64,000 bases of DNA from an uncultured Myxococcales bacterium. GTDB taxonomy: Bacteria > Myxococcota_A > Polyangia > Palsa-1104 > JAEUJZ01. Made by a program: the position numbers and the translations under genes. Below the pieces are notes generated by a model. It was not told the DNA's origin. It saw only the letters and a program-made list of their open reading frames with translations, and ran no database searches. The DNA lies in the NCBI GenBank assembly GCA_964554495.1, contig CAZKOY010000002.1:15408-79407 (forward strand), written 5' to 3'. Below, piece after piece: positions 55,954 to 64,000 of the stretch (position 1 is the stretch's first letter; the number at the start of each line of letters is the position of its first letter).

Positions 55954-56985
55954 ATGCTCGATGCCATCACACTGGATCAGCTGCGGATGTTCTTAACCGT
56001 GGCAGAAGAGGGCTCGTTCTCAGCGGCAGCACGCAAGCTGTCGCGCGTGCAGTCTGCCGTCAGTCAGTCGATGGCCAATCTGGAACGTCAGCTGAACCTG
56101 ACGTTGTGGGATCGGCACAGCAAAGTACCCACGCTGACCGAACAAGGACGCGCACTCTTGGCCGCCGCCGCTCGCGTGTCTAGCGAGATGACGTCTCTGC
56201 GTCAGCTTGCCGCCGCCATGCAGGCGGGGCTAGAGCCCTTTGTCTCGCTGTGCATCGACGCGCTGTTTCCGCTGTCGGCGTTGATCGATCTGTGCCTGGG
56301 CTTTGCCAAGCAGTTTCCGGCCGTCGACCTGCGCGTCGATACTCAGACCATGTCAGCCGTATCCGCCCGCGTGCTCTCGGGTGCGGCCACGCTGGGGGTC
56401 GTAAGTCCCATGGGGCTTTCAAACAAGCTGGAACGCCGCGTCCTGTCGCAGATCGTGATGGTGCCGGTAGCCGCCCCCAAGCACCCGCTCGCACAGCGTC
56501 GCGGACGAATCCCACAGCGAGCCTTCGAGCCCCATGTTCAGATCGTCCTCAGCGAGCGCATCGAGCCAAGTGACGCAGACCGCGCCGACGAGGGCGTGCC
56601 CGATCAAGGCGTGCTGTCAAGCCGTACCTGGCGGGTATCAGACCTGCATACGAAGCATGAGCTTCTGCGATCAGGTCTGGGTTGGGGGAATCTGCCGGAA
56701 CATCTGATCCGGGACGAGCTAGCAAATGGTCGCTTGGTCCGCCTGCAGCCAGAAGGCTGGGGCGACGACGAGCATGCACTGTACCTGTCCGCCATCTATC
56801 GCCCCGATACGACGTTTGGCCCGGCCCACACATGGGTGCTGCAACAGCTAGAGTCGCTGTGTCTGCGCGACTCGCGCCGCCCTGCCCCACCAACTGATCG
56901 TCACGATTTCCCGGAAAAAGCGAACTTAGGCCAGCGGCGTACACGAAAACGGAGTCAGGCAGGTGCCACATCCAAGAAGCCATAG
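55954..56985 (+). CDS. LysR-family transcriptional regulator
   Basis: LDQLRMFLTVAEEGSFSAAARKLSRVQSAVSQSMANLE is an LTTR HTH, followed by a periplasmic-binding-protein-like effector domain. The tail after ~300 aa is basic and low-complexity. Confidence 0.85.
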   Translation: MLDAITLDQLRMFLTVAEEGSFSAAARKLSRVQSAVSQSMANLERQLNLTLWDRHSKVPTLTEQGRALLAAAARVSSEMTSLRQLAAAMQAGLEPFVSLCIDALFPLSALIDLCLGFAKQFPAVDLRVDTQTMSAVSARVLSGAATLGVVSPMGLSNKLERRVLSQIVMVPVAAPKHPLAQRRGRIPQRAFEPHVQIVLSERIEPSDADRADEGVPDQGVLSSRTWRVSDLHTKHELLRSGLGWGNLPEHLIRDELANGRLVRLQPEGWGDDEHALYLSAIYRPDTTFGPAHTWVLQQLESLCLRDSRRPAPPTDRHDFPEKANLGQRRTRKRSQAGATSKKP

Positions 56986-57064
56986 AAAGAAAACGGATGG
57001 CGACAGTACATAGGAATACAAAAAGGAATCAAAATAGGAACCTGCGTCCAGCCCTCTTGCGAGG

Positions 57065-57895
57065 CTATAGCGAGCCGGGCGTGTCCCGTCCCTGCTTGCG
57101 TAGCTGAGTAATATAGAGCAGCTCATTTTTCGACCGCTCGTCGTTGGGATCGAGCTCCAGCGCCGCCCGGAACCTGGCCTCAGCTTCGTCGAGGCGACCC
57201 AGCTCGATCAGGCTGAAGCCCAGGCCGCGCAGCGCTCGCGTCTTGCGCCCGACCAGGTCTTCTGGAGAGCCCAGCGACGCATGATCGAGCGCCTCGCCGA
57301 ACAGCTTCAACGCGGCTTGCCAGTCATGCCGCGCTTGCTGAATGTGCCCTAGCTCGACGAGGTACTGCCAGCTCCAGGGTGACAAGACGAGCGCCTTTTC
57401 GACCCAGGTGCGTGCATCGTCGGCATTGCCTAGCTCAACCAAGGCATAGCCTTTAAAGAAGTATGCGGTGGCCCAGACCGGCCCCAGGACCTTGGCACTC
57501 ACTCCGTCTTTGGCGGCCAGCAGTGAATACCCCAGTGCCTCGGCGTTGGATGTCGCGCAGTAATACCGGGTCGCTGTTCCGGCGTAACGCGACTCATAGT
57601 GCGCAATGACAGGTTCGAAGTGCTCGCGGATGGCGCGTTCCGGCTGGCGAGACCGCACCAGCGTGATTCCCTGCTGCACCTGCTGCGCCCAAGACCCTTC
57701 ATCCTCGTCGGCACTGGGCGCAGGCGCGCTGCTCTCACCGCTGGTGCGCTTCAAGCCATCATCGGTCGCTGAGACCGTGGGCTTGGTACTGGCGCAGCCA
57801 CTTTGCGACAGCGCAGCAGAAAGGAAAAGCGCAGCGCATGAAACGAGTGTGAACCGACGCGGCCATGTCCACGACCAGGCAAGAGAGCGCATCAA
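57065..57895 (-). CDS. TPR-repeat lipoprotein
   Basis: Signal/lipobox ...LSAALSQSGCAS. TPR-like units (WATAYFFKGYALVELGNADDA..., ALKLFGEALDH..., AEARFRAALELDPND). Confidence 0.65.
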   Translation of the reverse strand: MMRSLAWSWTWPRRFTLVSCAALFLSAALSQSGCASTKPTVSATDDGLKRTSGESSAPAPSADEDEGSWAQQVQQGITLVRSRQPERAIREHFEPVIAHYESRYAGTATRYYCATSNAEALGYSLLAAKDGVSAKVLGPVWATAYFFKGYALVELGNADDARTWVEKALVLSPWSWQYLVELGHIQQARHDWQAALKLFGEALDHASLGSPEDLVGRKTRALRGLGFSLIELGRLDEAEARFRAALELDPNDERSKNELLYITQLRKQGRDTPGSL

Positions 57896-58022
57896 AATCC
57901 CCCTCTTTTGCTTGTATCACGATTGGCCGATCGCTTGGGCGGGCTCGCGCAGAGCGCGTTGTTCACGTCGCTGTCCGCCGCGAGGATTGCTTCGCTGCAG
58001 CAATCGGGTTATCTGCGCCGAT

Positions 58023-59315
58023 GTGTTTTCGCAGCGCATCCCATGGCAGGTAGCGCCAAACAGGCTAAGCACGGCTCTCGATGGATACCGACAGACCGGA
58101 AGGCCGCTCTGCGATCTGACGATAGCCAATCCAACGCGGGCGCTGTCACACCTGTATGACGACTCTGTTCTGCGCGCTCTTGGCGTGTTGTCGAGCAGCG
58201 CCGTGCTGCACTATGAACCGACCCCGCGCGGACTGCTGCCCTGTCGGGAAGCAGTGGCGGCGTACTACGCTCGACGCGGCATTTCTGTGAATCCCGATCA
58301 GCTAGTCCTGTGCGCCAGTACCAGCGAAGCGTATGGTTGGTTGTTTCAGCTGCTCTGCGATCCGGGGGACGGCGTTCTGTTTCCCCAGCCCAGCTATCCC
58401 TTGATCGATCACCTGGCCCGCCTAAACGGCGTCCATGTCATTCCGTATCCGCTTCGCTTCTGCGGCGATCACTTCGTGCTCGATCGCTCTGCACTGGAAC
58501 AGCAGGCGCAGGGCATGGACGCTGCATCGCCAGCAAGCCAGAATAAAGCCCGACCGCGAGCGCTGATCTGCGTCAGCCCAAATAATCCAACCGGCTCGAT
58601 CCTGCGCCGCAGTGAGCTGCACGCCCTGTGGGGGCTGTGCAGAAATCGGAATCTGGCCCTGATCGTCGATGAGGTCTTTTCGGACTATGGGCTACTGGAC
58701 CCCGCGGCCCCCCCCGAAAACCAGCGAGATCCGCGTCTGCCGTCGGTGCTGACCGAAATTCCTTTTTCTTCCGGTCGCAATTCGGACGACGACCCGTCAC
58801 TTACCTTTGTGCTTTCTGGACTGTCCAAGGTCCTGGGTCTGCCGCAGCTTAAGTTGGGGTGGATTCACATATGCGGCCCCGAGCCTCTGCGCAGTGAAGC
58901 CCAGGATCGCTTGGAGCTGATCGCCGACACATTTCTGTCCGTGAATACGCCGGTACAGCAAGCGGCAGCCAGGCTCCTTTCGCTGCAACCACAGCTTGGC
59001 GCCGCACTGCGCAGTCATCTGCAGAGCAACCTCGATCGACTGCGCATGGTCCTGCAAGGCAGTGCGGTATCGGCGCTGCCGGTCGAGGGTGGCTGGTACG
59101 CCCTGCTGCGCGTGCCTGCCGTTCTATCGGACGAAGACTGGGCGCTGCGCCTGCTGCAGCAGGACGGCGTCCTAGTACACCCCGGATACTTTTTTGATCT
59201 GCACGAGCCAGGGATGGCGTTTGTCGTGATCAGCTTGCTAACCGCAGAGGCGGATTTTCAGGCGGGACTGCAGGCTCTACGCCACCGCGTCACGCAGGTC
59301 CTACACAGCGGGTAG
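58023..59315 (+). CDS. Class I/II PLP-dependent aminotransferase
   Basis: Start set at the GTG at 58023, giving MFSQRIPW...NRLS...GRPLCDLTIANPT, typical of this family. PLP-Lys context LSGLSKVLGLPQLKLGW. The upstream part of the track ORF overlaps the divergent TPR gene. Confidence 0.75.
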   Translation: MFSQRIPWQVAPNRLSTALDGYRQTGRPLCDLTIANPTRALSHLYDDSVLRALGVLSSSAVLHYEPTPRGLLPCREAVAAYYARRGISVNPDQLVLCASTSEAYGWLFQLLCDPGDGVLFPQPSYPLIDHLARLNGVHVIPYPLRFCGDHFVLDRSALEQQAQGMDAASPASQNKARPRALICVSPNNPTGSILRRSELHALWGLCRNRNLALIVDEVFSDYGLLDPAAPPENQRDPRLPSVLTEIPFSSGRNSDDDPSLTFVLSGLSKVLGLPQLKLGWIHICGPEPLRSEAQDRLELIADTFLSVNTPVQQAAARLLSLQPQLGAALRSHLQSNLDRLRMVLQGSAVSALPVEGGWYALLRVPAVLSDEDWALRLLQQDGVLVHPGYFFDLHEPGMAFVVISLLTAEADFQAGLQALRHRVTQVLHSG

Positions 59316-59346
59316 ATCGGAACGAAGAACTAGACTCAGCGCGGGA

Positions 59347-59562
59347 TTACGTGCGGCGAGTAATCAGTCCGCGCGTCGGGTCATAAGGAGACACGCCAAC
59401 GAGAACCTGATCGCCCAAGACCACGCGGATGCGGAAGCGGCGCATGCGACCCGATAGGCGGGCCAGGATCTTGTGCCCATCTGGGGTCACAACTTCAAAG
59501 TTACCGCCCACCATCACGTTGGTGACGGTGCCGTTCATCTCGACCAGATCATCTCGGCTCAA
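59347..59562 (-). CDS. infA: Translation initiation factor IF-1
   Basis: 71 aa. VEMNGTVTNVM...F.V....GH.ILARLSGRMRRFRIRVVLGDQVLVGVSPYDPTRGLIT.R matches the IF-1 S1-fold. Confidence 0.9.
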   Translation of the reverse strand: MSRDDLVEMNGTVTNVMVGGNFEVVTPDGHKILARLSGRMRRFRIRVVLGDQVLVGVSPYDPTRGLITRRT

Positions 59563-59574
59563 ACGGATTCTCCT

Positions 59575-60087
59575 CTACAGAAGCTTCTTCTGCTGGCGCA
59601 GGCCTTCCATCACGCGAGCGTATTCGACTTCCCACGTGGCGGTGCCTTCTTCCAAGTTCTTGATGCGACGCCGCACTTCACGATCGATATCGGCATCGAC
59701 TTGCATGTGTTTCTTAAGCACCGCGGCCATCTTCTTGCGCATCTCACCATCGTCGCCGAATACCTCGTCGATCGACTGCGAATGCATAAACGCTTCCAGC
59801 GTTTGGTTGGCCAAGTACAGCAGCGAATCTTCGCCACTTGGGAAGTCGCGCTTGTCCGCAAACTCGCGCTTGATCTTGCCGAACTGCTCATACGGCAAGC
59901 GACGGCGCTCCATATAGTCCTTGGCCTGCTCTGTCAGTTCGCGATCCAGCCGCAGGTACTCTTTGAGTACGGCCTCGACATCGAGCTGGGCCTCTTTCGG
60001 GTCGTTGACTTCGATATCACCGTCGTCCTTCAGCTTGCGGATAAGCTCCGCAGCAATGACGGGGATCTTGGTCGCATAGAGCTTCAT
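59575..60087 (-). CDS. DUF507-like conserved hypothetical protein
   Basis: 170-aa charged helical protein. C-terminal RRRIKNLEEGTATWEVEYARVMEGL resembles the DUF507 signature (from memory). 12 nt upstream of infA. Confidence 0.5.
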   Translation of the reverse strand: MKLYATKIPVIAAELIRKLKDDGDIEVNDPKEAQLDVEAVLKEYLRLDRELTEQAKDYMERRRLPYEQFGKIKREFADKRDFPSGEDSLLYLANQTLEAFMHSQSIDEVFGDDGEMRKKMAAVLKKHMQVDADIDREVRRRIKNLEEGTATWEVEYARVMEGLRQQKKLL

Positions 60088-60317
60088 CGGGTGTACTCAC
60101 GATTGACGAAGGCTTCACAGGCAGCCGGCTCGTCTAGATGCGGCAGGATATGTGGGCCTGTTTGCAAAAAGCAAGATGAAAAGCCAGCCTCACAATCTGC
60201 GGTCCGTCCCGAGCGAACTCTGCGCCACAGGATGACGATAATTCGGAAGCATTCCCGCTCGATACGTCGGTTGACAGGGACAGTCGACCTGAATATGCTC
60301 CGACGACTCGACGGTAC

Positions 60318-61079
60318 ATGGCTGGCGCTCGCCTAGACATTTCAGGGCTGCACAAGTCCTTCGACTTTGAAGGACGCAGCATTCAGGTCTTGCAGGGAAT
60401 CGATCTCACGATTGAGCCCGGCGAGATGGTTGCCGTCGTTGGGGCATCGGGTGCGGGCAAGTCCACGTTCCTGCATGTGCTCGGGACGCTGGATGTGCCG
60501 ACGCAGGGGCGCATCGTGATCGACAACTGCGACATCACCCGATTAAGCAGTGGTCAGCTTGCCGCCTTCCGCAATCGCACCATTGGCTTTGTCTTTCAAT
60601 TTCACCACTTGCTGCCGGAATTCACGGCCCTGGAAAACGCGGCCATGCCCGCCATGATCTCGGGCCTGTCCGAGTCCAAAGCCAAAGCGCGAGCCTCAGA
60701 GCTTCTGGAGCGAGTCGGGCTAAGTCACCGACTGCAGCACCGTCCCGGCGAGCTATCCGGTGGTGAGCAACAGCGCGTGGCCCTGGCCCGTGCGCTGGTC
60801 ATGGAGCCAAAGCTGCTTCTGGCGGATGAGCCGACAGGAAACCTCGATCGCAGAACGGGCGCCGAGATTCACGATCTGTTGGTCAAGCTGAACCGCGAGC
60901 GCGGCATGACCCTGCTGGTGGTTACACACAACGATGATCTGGCCATGCGACTGCAGCGGCAGCTTCGCATGACGCAGGGACGCTTGGTCGAAGGCGACGC
61001 GAGCGCGGTCCATGACAAGGGTGGGACCCAAAGCCCTTCCAGCAGCGTCGACCCATCCATGCAGGGAGCCGTTTCGTGA
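60318..61079 (+). CDS. lolD: LolD-type ABC ATP-binding protein
   Basis: [70 protein letters not shown] overlap with the bamA start. Confidence 0.8.
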   Translation: MAGARLDISGLHKSFDFEGRSIQVLQGIDLTIEPGEMVAVVGASGAGKSTFLHVLGTLDVPTQGRIVIDNCDITRLSSGQLAAFRNRTIGFVFQFHHLLPEFTALENAAMPAMISGLSESKAKARASELLERVGLSHRLQHRPGELSGGEQQRVALARALVMEPKLLLADEPTGNLDRRTGAEIHDLLVKLNRERGMTLLVVTHNDDLAMRLQRQLRMTQGRLVEGDASAVHDKGGTQSPSSSVDPSMQGAVS

Positions 61080-63643
61080 ACCATCGAACTCAGGCTGTAG
61101 CGGCTCCGCTTGGTCTCGCTATGTTGCGCCGCTCGTCGCAGCCTAGCTTTCTGGTGGTGGCCTTACTGATCGGCTGGCTGCTGCCTACGGCACGCTCGGC
61201 ACGCGCTGCGGATGCGCCGGATGCCGAAGTTCCCATCGGCAAGTCGATTGGCCAGATTCGCTTCAAGGGCCAAGTCAAGGTCGAAGCCGCTGCGATGGCG
61301 CGTGTCCTGCGCGAGCGCATCGGCTATCGCGAGGCCTGCCCGGTCTGCGACGCCCGCGATCCGCAGACGGGTGGGCTGCGCAAGATTCCCTGCGTGCGCG
61401 CCAGCATGGTCGGCGAAGCACTGGATCTGTGCTCTGTGCGCGAGGATATGAAGGTCCTTTGGCGCATGGGCAGCTTCGACGATGTCTCCGTCGAAGTCGA
61501 TGAAGGAAAAGAGGGCCTCCTTCTGACCTATGTGGTCCGCGAGAAGCGCACCATCCGCAAGATCTACGTCGCCGGCAATAGCGAAGTCGGACTCGACAAG
61601 ATCAATGAGACGCTCGATCTAAAACGCGACACGATTTACGACCCCGCCAAGGTCAAACGCAATGCCGAGAAGATCCGCGAGCTATACGTCGAAAAGGGAT
61701 ATTTCCTGGCCGACGTACGCTCGGAAGTGAAGATCTTTTCCCCGACGCAGCTAGACGTCTACTACTACGTCGATGAGCGCGCCAAAGTCGAGGTGCGCAA
61801 GATCGGCTTCATCGGAAACCACCACGCCACCGAAGCCGAGCTGCGCAGTGTCATGGGAACGCAAGAAGGCAACTGGCTGGGCTTTCTTACGTCCGCCGGA
61901 ACGTATCGCGAGGATGCGTTTGAACGCGACACTCTGCTCATCACCGCCTTTTATTACGATCGCGGCTATGTCACCGCCAAGGTTGGCAAGCCGCAGATCG
62001 AGATGTCGCCGGACAAGCGCTTCCTTTATCTGGTCATCCCAATCGAAGAGGGCGAGGTCTATACGATCGGCAACCTCGACTTCAAAGGTGAGCTGATCCG
62101 CCCACGCGAAGACATGCTGCGCGGTCTTGCCACGAAGCCCGGCGAGAAGTTCAACCGTACCAAGCTGTCAGGCGACATCATCGCCATCAACGATCTGTAC
62201 AAGAACCTCGGCTACGCCAACGTCAACGTCACGCCTGAGACCAAGGTCGATCCTGACAAACGCACCGTCGATCTGGTCTTTGATCTGCAGCAAGGCAAGA
62301 AAGTCTATTTCGAGCGCATCAACATCCGCGGCAACAGCAAGACGCGTGACAAAGTCATCCGTCGTGAGCTGAAGATCTCGGAAGGCGACCTGTACAGCCA
62401 GCGCCTGCTGGATCTTTCAAAGAATCGCGTGCAGGCCCTTGGCTTCTTTGAAAAGGTCGAGATCTCGACGAAGGCTGGCTCAAACGACGAGCGTATTGTC
62501 GTGAACCTCGAAGTCACCGAGCGCCCGACAGGTACCTTCCAGATTGGCGCCGGCTTCTCGTCGTTCGAGAACTTCATCGGTCAGGCACAGGTCGCGCAAA
62601 ACAACTTGTTTGGCCGCGGGACAACGCTGCAGCTCTCGGCGCAGATCTCATCGCTGCGGCAGTTCTTTTCCGTCAACTACACCGACCCGTACTTCCTCGA
62701 CACGCGCATCACCTTCGCGTTCTCGGCATATAACCAGCTCCTCTATTACCGCGACTTCACTCGCACGGCGCGCGGTGGCGATCTGACGTGGGGTTATCTG
62801 TTCGGCGATTACCTGCGCCTGCTGGGCACGTATCGCCTGGAATGGGTGCAGGTTGGTCAGGTCGCGCAGGGTGCGCAGCTTTCAGGTTTTGGCGCGATCC
62901 AACAGGTGGCAGGCGGCACGCTGCACAACCTGTATCGTAAGGGCTGGACCTCGGCGATCCGCGGCTCGCTGGTCTACGACAGTCGCAACGATCGCATGTT
63001 CCCGACGTACGGCCAGTTCCACCTGCTGTCGGCTGAGATTGCCGACAAGTACCTGGGATCCGAGATCGACTATGTCCGCTTGACTGGCACGCTGCGCTTC
63101 TATCGTCCGCTCTGGGGACCGTTCGTGTTCCGTCTGCGCGGCGAGAGCGGCTTGGTGTTCTCGCGCAATGCGGCTGGTGTGCCGATCTATGAGCGCTTCT
63201 TCCTCGGCGGCATCAACAGCATCCGCGGCTATCGCCTGTTCACGCTGGGTCCGCGCATCCAGATCCAAAACGCGCTAGAGCCCGACTCGTTCATCCGCAC
63301 GTTCTCAGTCGGCGCCAACTGGCAGGTGTTTATGAACTCAGAAGTCGAGTTCATGATCTTGCCTGCAGTGAACATCAAGGGCGTGGTCTTCTTCGACGCT
63401 GGCAACGGCTACAACTTGGAAGACAAGTACTGCAGCAGTCAGTCGGCGAACGCCAACCTGCCGGAAGCGTTCAATCCCTGCGTGAAGTATCCAACGCTGC
63501 AGAACCTGCGCTACTCGGTCGGCTTCGGCTTCCGTTGGTTCTCACCGATCGGGCCGCTGCGCTTTGAGTGGGGCATCCCGCTCAACAAAGCGCCCGATGA
63601 AGAGTCGATGGTATTTGAGTTCACCATCGGCAACTTCTTCTAG
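61076..63643 (+). CDS. bamA: Outer-membrane protein assembly factor BamA
   Basis: Five POTRA-like repeats (e.g. [50 protein letters not shown]). Omp85 barrel with RGY...GG motifs. C-terminal EFTIGNFF. Confidence 0.92.
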   Translation: MNHRTQAVAAPLGLAMLRRSSQPSFLVVALLIGWLLPTARSARAADAPDAEVPIGKSIGQIRFKGQVKVEAAAMARVLRERIGYREACPVCDARDPQTGGLRKIPCVRASMVGEALDLCSVREDMKVLWRMGSFDDVSVEVDEGKEGLLLTYVVREKRTIRKIYVAGNSEVGLDKINETLDLKRDTIYDPAKVKRNAEKIRELYVEKGYFLADVRSEVKIFSPTQLDVYYYVDERAKVEVRKIGFIGNHHATEAELRSVMGTQEGNWLGFLTSAGTYREDAFERDTLLITAFYYDRGYVTAKVGKPQIEMSPDKRFLYLVIPIEEGEVYTIGNLDFKGELIRPREDMLRGLATKPGEKFNRTKLSGDIIAINDLYKNLGYANVNVTPETKVDPDKRTVDLVFDLQQGKKVYFERINIRGNSKTRDKVIRRELKISEGDLYSQRLLDLSKNRVQALGFFEKVEISTKAGSNDERIVVNLEVTERPTGTFQIGAGFSSFENFIGQAQVAQNNLFGRGTTLQLSAQISSLRQFFSVNYTDPYFLDTRITFAFSAYNQLLYYRDFTRTARGGDLTWGYLFGDYLRLLGTYRLEWVQVGQVAQGAQLSGFGAIQQVAGGTLHNLYRKGWTSAIRGSLVYDSRNDRMFPTYGQFHLLSAEIADKYLGSEIDYVRLTGTLRFYRPLWGPFVFRLRGESGLVFSRNAAGVPIYERFFLGGINSIRGYRLFTLGPRIQIQNALEPDSFIRTFSVGANWQVFMNSEVEFMILPAVNIKGVVFFDAGNGYNLEDKYCSSQSANANLPEAFNPCVKYPTLQNLRYSVGFGFRWFSPIGPLRFEWGIPLNKAPDEESMVFEFTIGNFF

Positions 63644-63728
63644 GCCATCGCACCGCCTACGCAGACCGCAGGCTGAGCAGCGCATGGCACCTCGCTGCCG
63701 ATCCGCATTCCGCCCAGTCATCGTGCGG

Positions 63729-63770
63729 AAAAAAAAAGAGGCCAGCCGGCTGCGAAGCTGACTGGCCTCT
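63729..63770 (-). terminator. Strong Rho-independent terminator for a minus-strand transcript
   Basis: 9-bp perfect stem AGAGGCCAG/CTGGCCTCT (extendable), followed on the minus strand by a run of 8 U. Confidence 0.75.
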
Positions 63771-63948
63771 TGACCCCCGCCCGGTCGTGGTTGAGATGTT
63801 TGAGCCCCTACTTTTAAGTAGGTGGGTTCCACTTGACCGAATTGGGCTTCCCGACTCGCGGGCATGCACGCCACGGCCAGAGGCAGATCCCGGCTGCAAA
63901 CGCGTAGGGAAAAAACACTCCCAACCGGGGCGATACAGGCAGACAGGT
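63729..63948 (-). ncRNA. Candidate ~220-nt small RNA (class unknown)
   Basis: Sigma70-like promoter TTGACC-17nt-TACTCT (63984..63956, minus) and the terminator at 63729..63770. Internal hairpin CCTACTT-TT-AAGTAGG (63807..63822). The frames that stay open here are Cys/Trp-rich with lower GC3 than genes in this window, and one runs through the terminator. Confidence 0.3.
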
Positions 63949-64000
63949 CGAATCGAGAGTACGGCGCACGCACGCACGGGTCAAGCCGGCTGATGCAATC

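Noticed and set aside
57606-58022. 5-prime 139 codons of the track ORF for the aminotransferase, and likewise the long N-terminal extensions of the ORFs at 4910..7270, 14763, 17098, 22657, 44417..46036 and 50355..52715.
   Set aside because: The extensions overlap neighbouring genes or lack homology-like sequence. Internal starts give signal peptides or canonical family N-termini and have better RBS context.
63771-64000. Tested the bamA-downstream region for tRNA, tmRNA, RNase P RNA and SRP RNA identity.
   Set aside because: No GTTCGAnTC T-loop with an acceptor end, no GGAAAGTCCGGGC or ACAGAACCCGGCTTA RNase P blocks, and no GGAAGCAGCC SRP motif. It is kept only as an unclassified sRNA candidate.

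Overview
High-GC (about 65%, judged by eye) chromosomal segment whose gene content looks like Myxococcota: three Hanks-type Ser/Thr kinases with elaborate architectures, two Oar-like CarboxypepD_reg/TonB-type outer-membrane barrels, a TPR-dynamin fusion, and many TPR proteins and lipoproteins. I call 43 protein-coding genes. Housekeeping anchors are recA, lexA, imuA-imuB-dnaE2, an rpoD-family sigma factor, rbfA, infA, lolD and bamA. I found no rRNA, tRNA, CRISPR array, transposase, integrase or phage gene. Most other long ORFs in the track are mirror-frame artefacts of GC-rich coding DNA.

The signals most worth following up:
1. A tight five-gene minus-strand cluster divergent from lexA. Two uncharacterised genes (a HEAT-like 311-aa protein and a two-lobed 471-aa protein) sit directly upstream of imuA-imuB-dnaE2.
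2. A 1435-aa membrane protein that fuses an AAA-like NTPase lacking the Walker-A lysine, a death-like/EAD-like helical module and an HRN pseudokinase. Its C-terminal module recurs in a second kinase in the window.
3. A promoter-to-terminator unit of about 220 nt on the minus strand after bamA, a candidate sRNA.
4. An accessory stretch (about 24.0-33.8 kb) with lower GC, punctuated by short AT-rich islands. These carry a perfect 11-bp inverted repeat followed by a U-tract in a leader, and a CTGT-N8-ACAG palindrome.
5. In-frame 12- and 18-bp tandem repeats inside dnaE2, the dynamin-like gene and a pectin-acetylesterase-like gene.

All domain calls come from motif recognition by eye and need HMM or structure confirmation.
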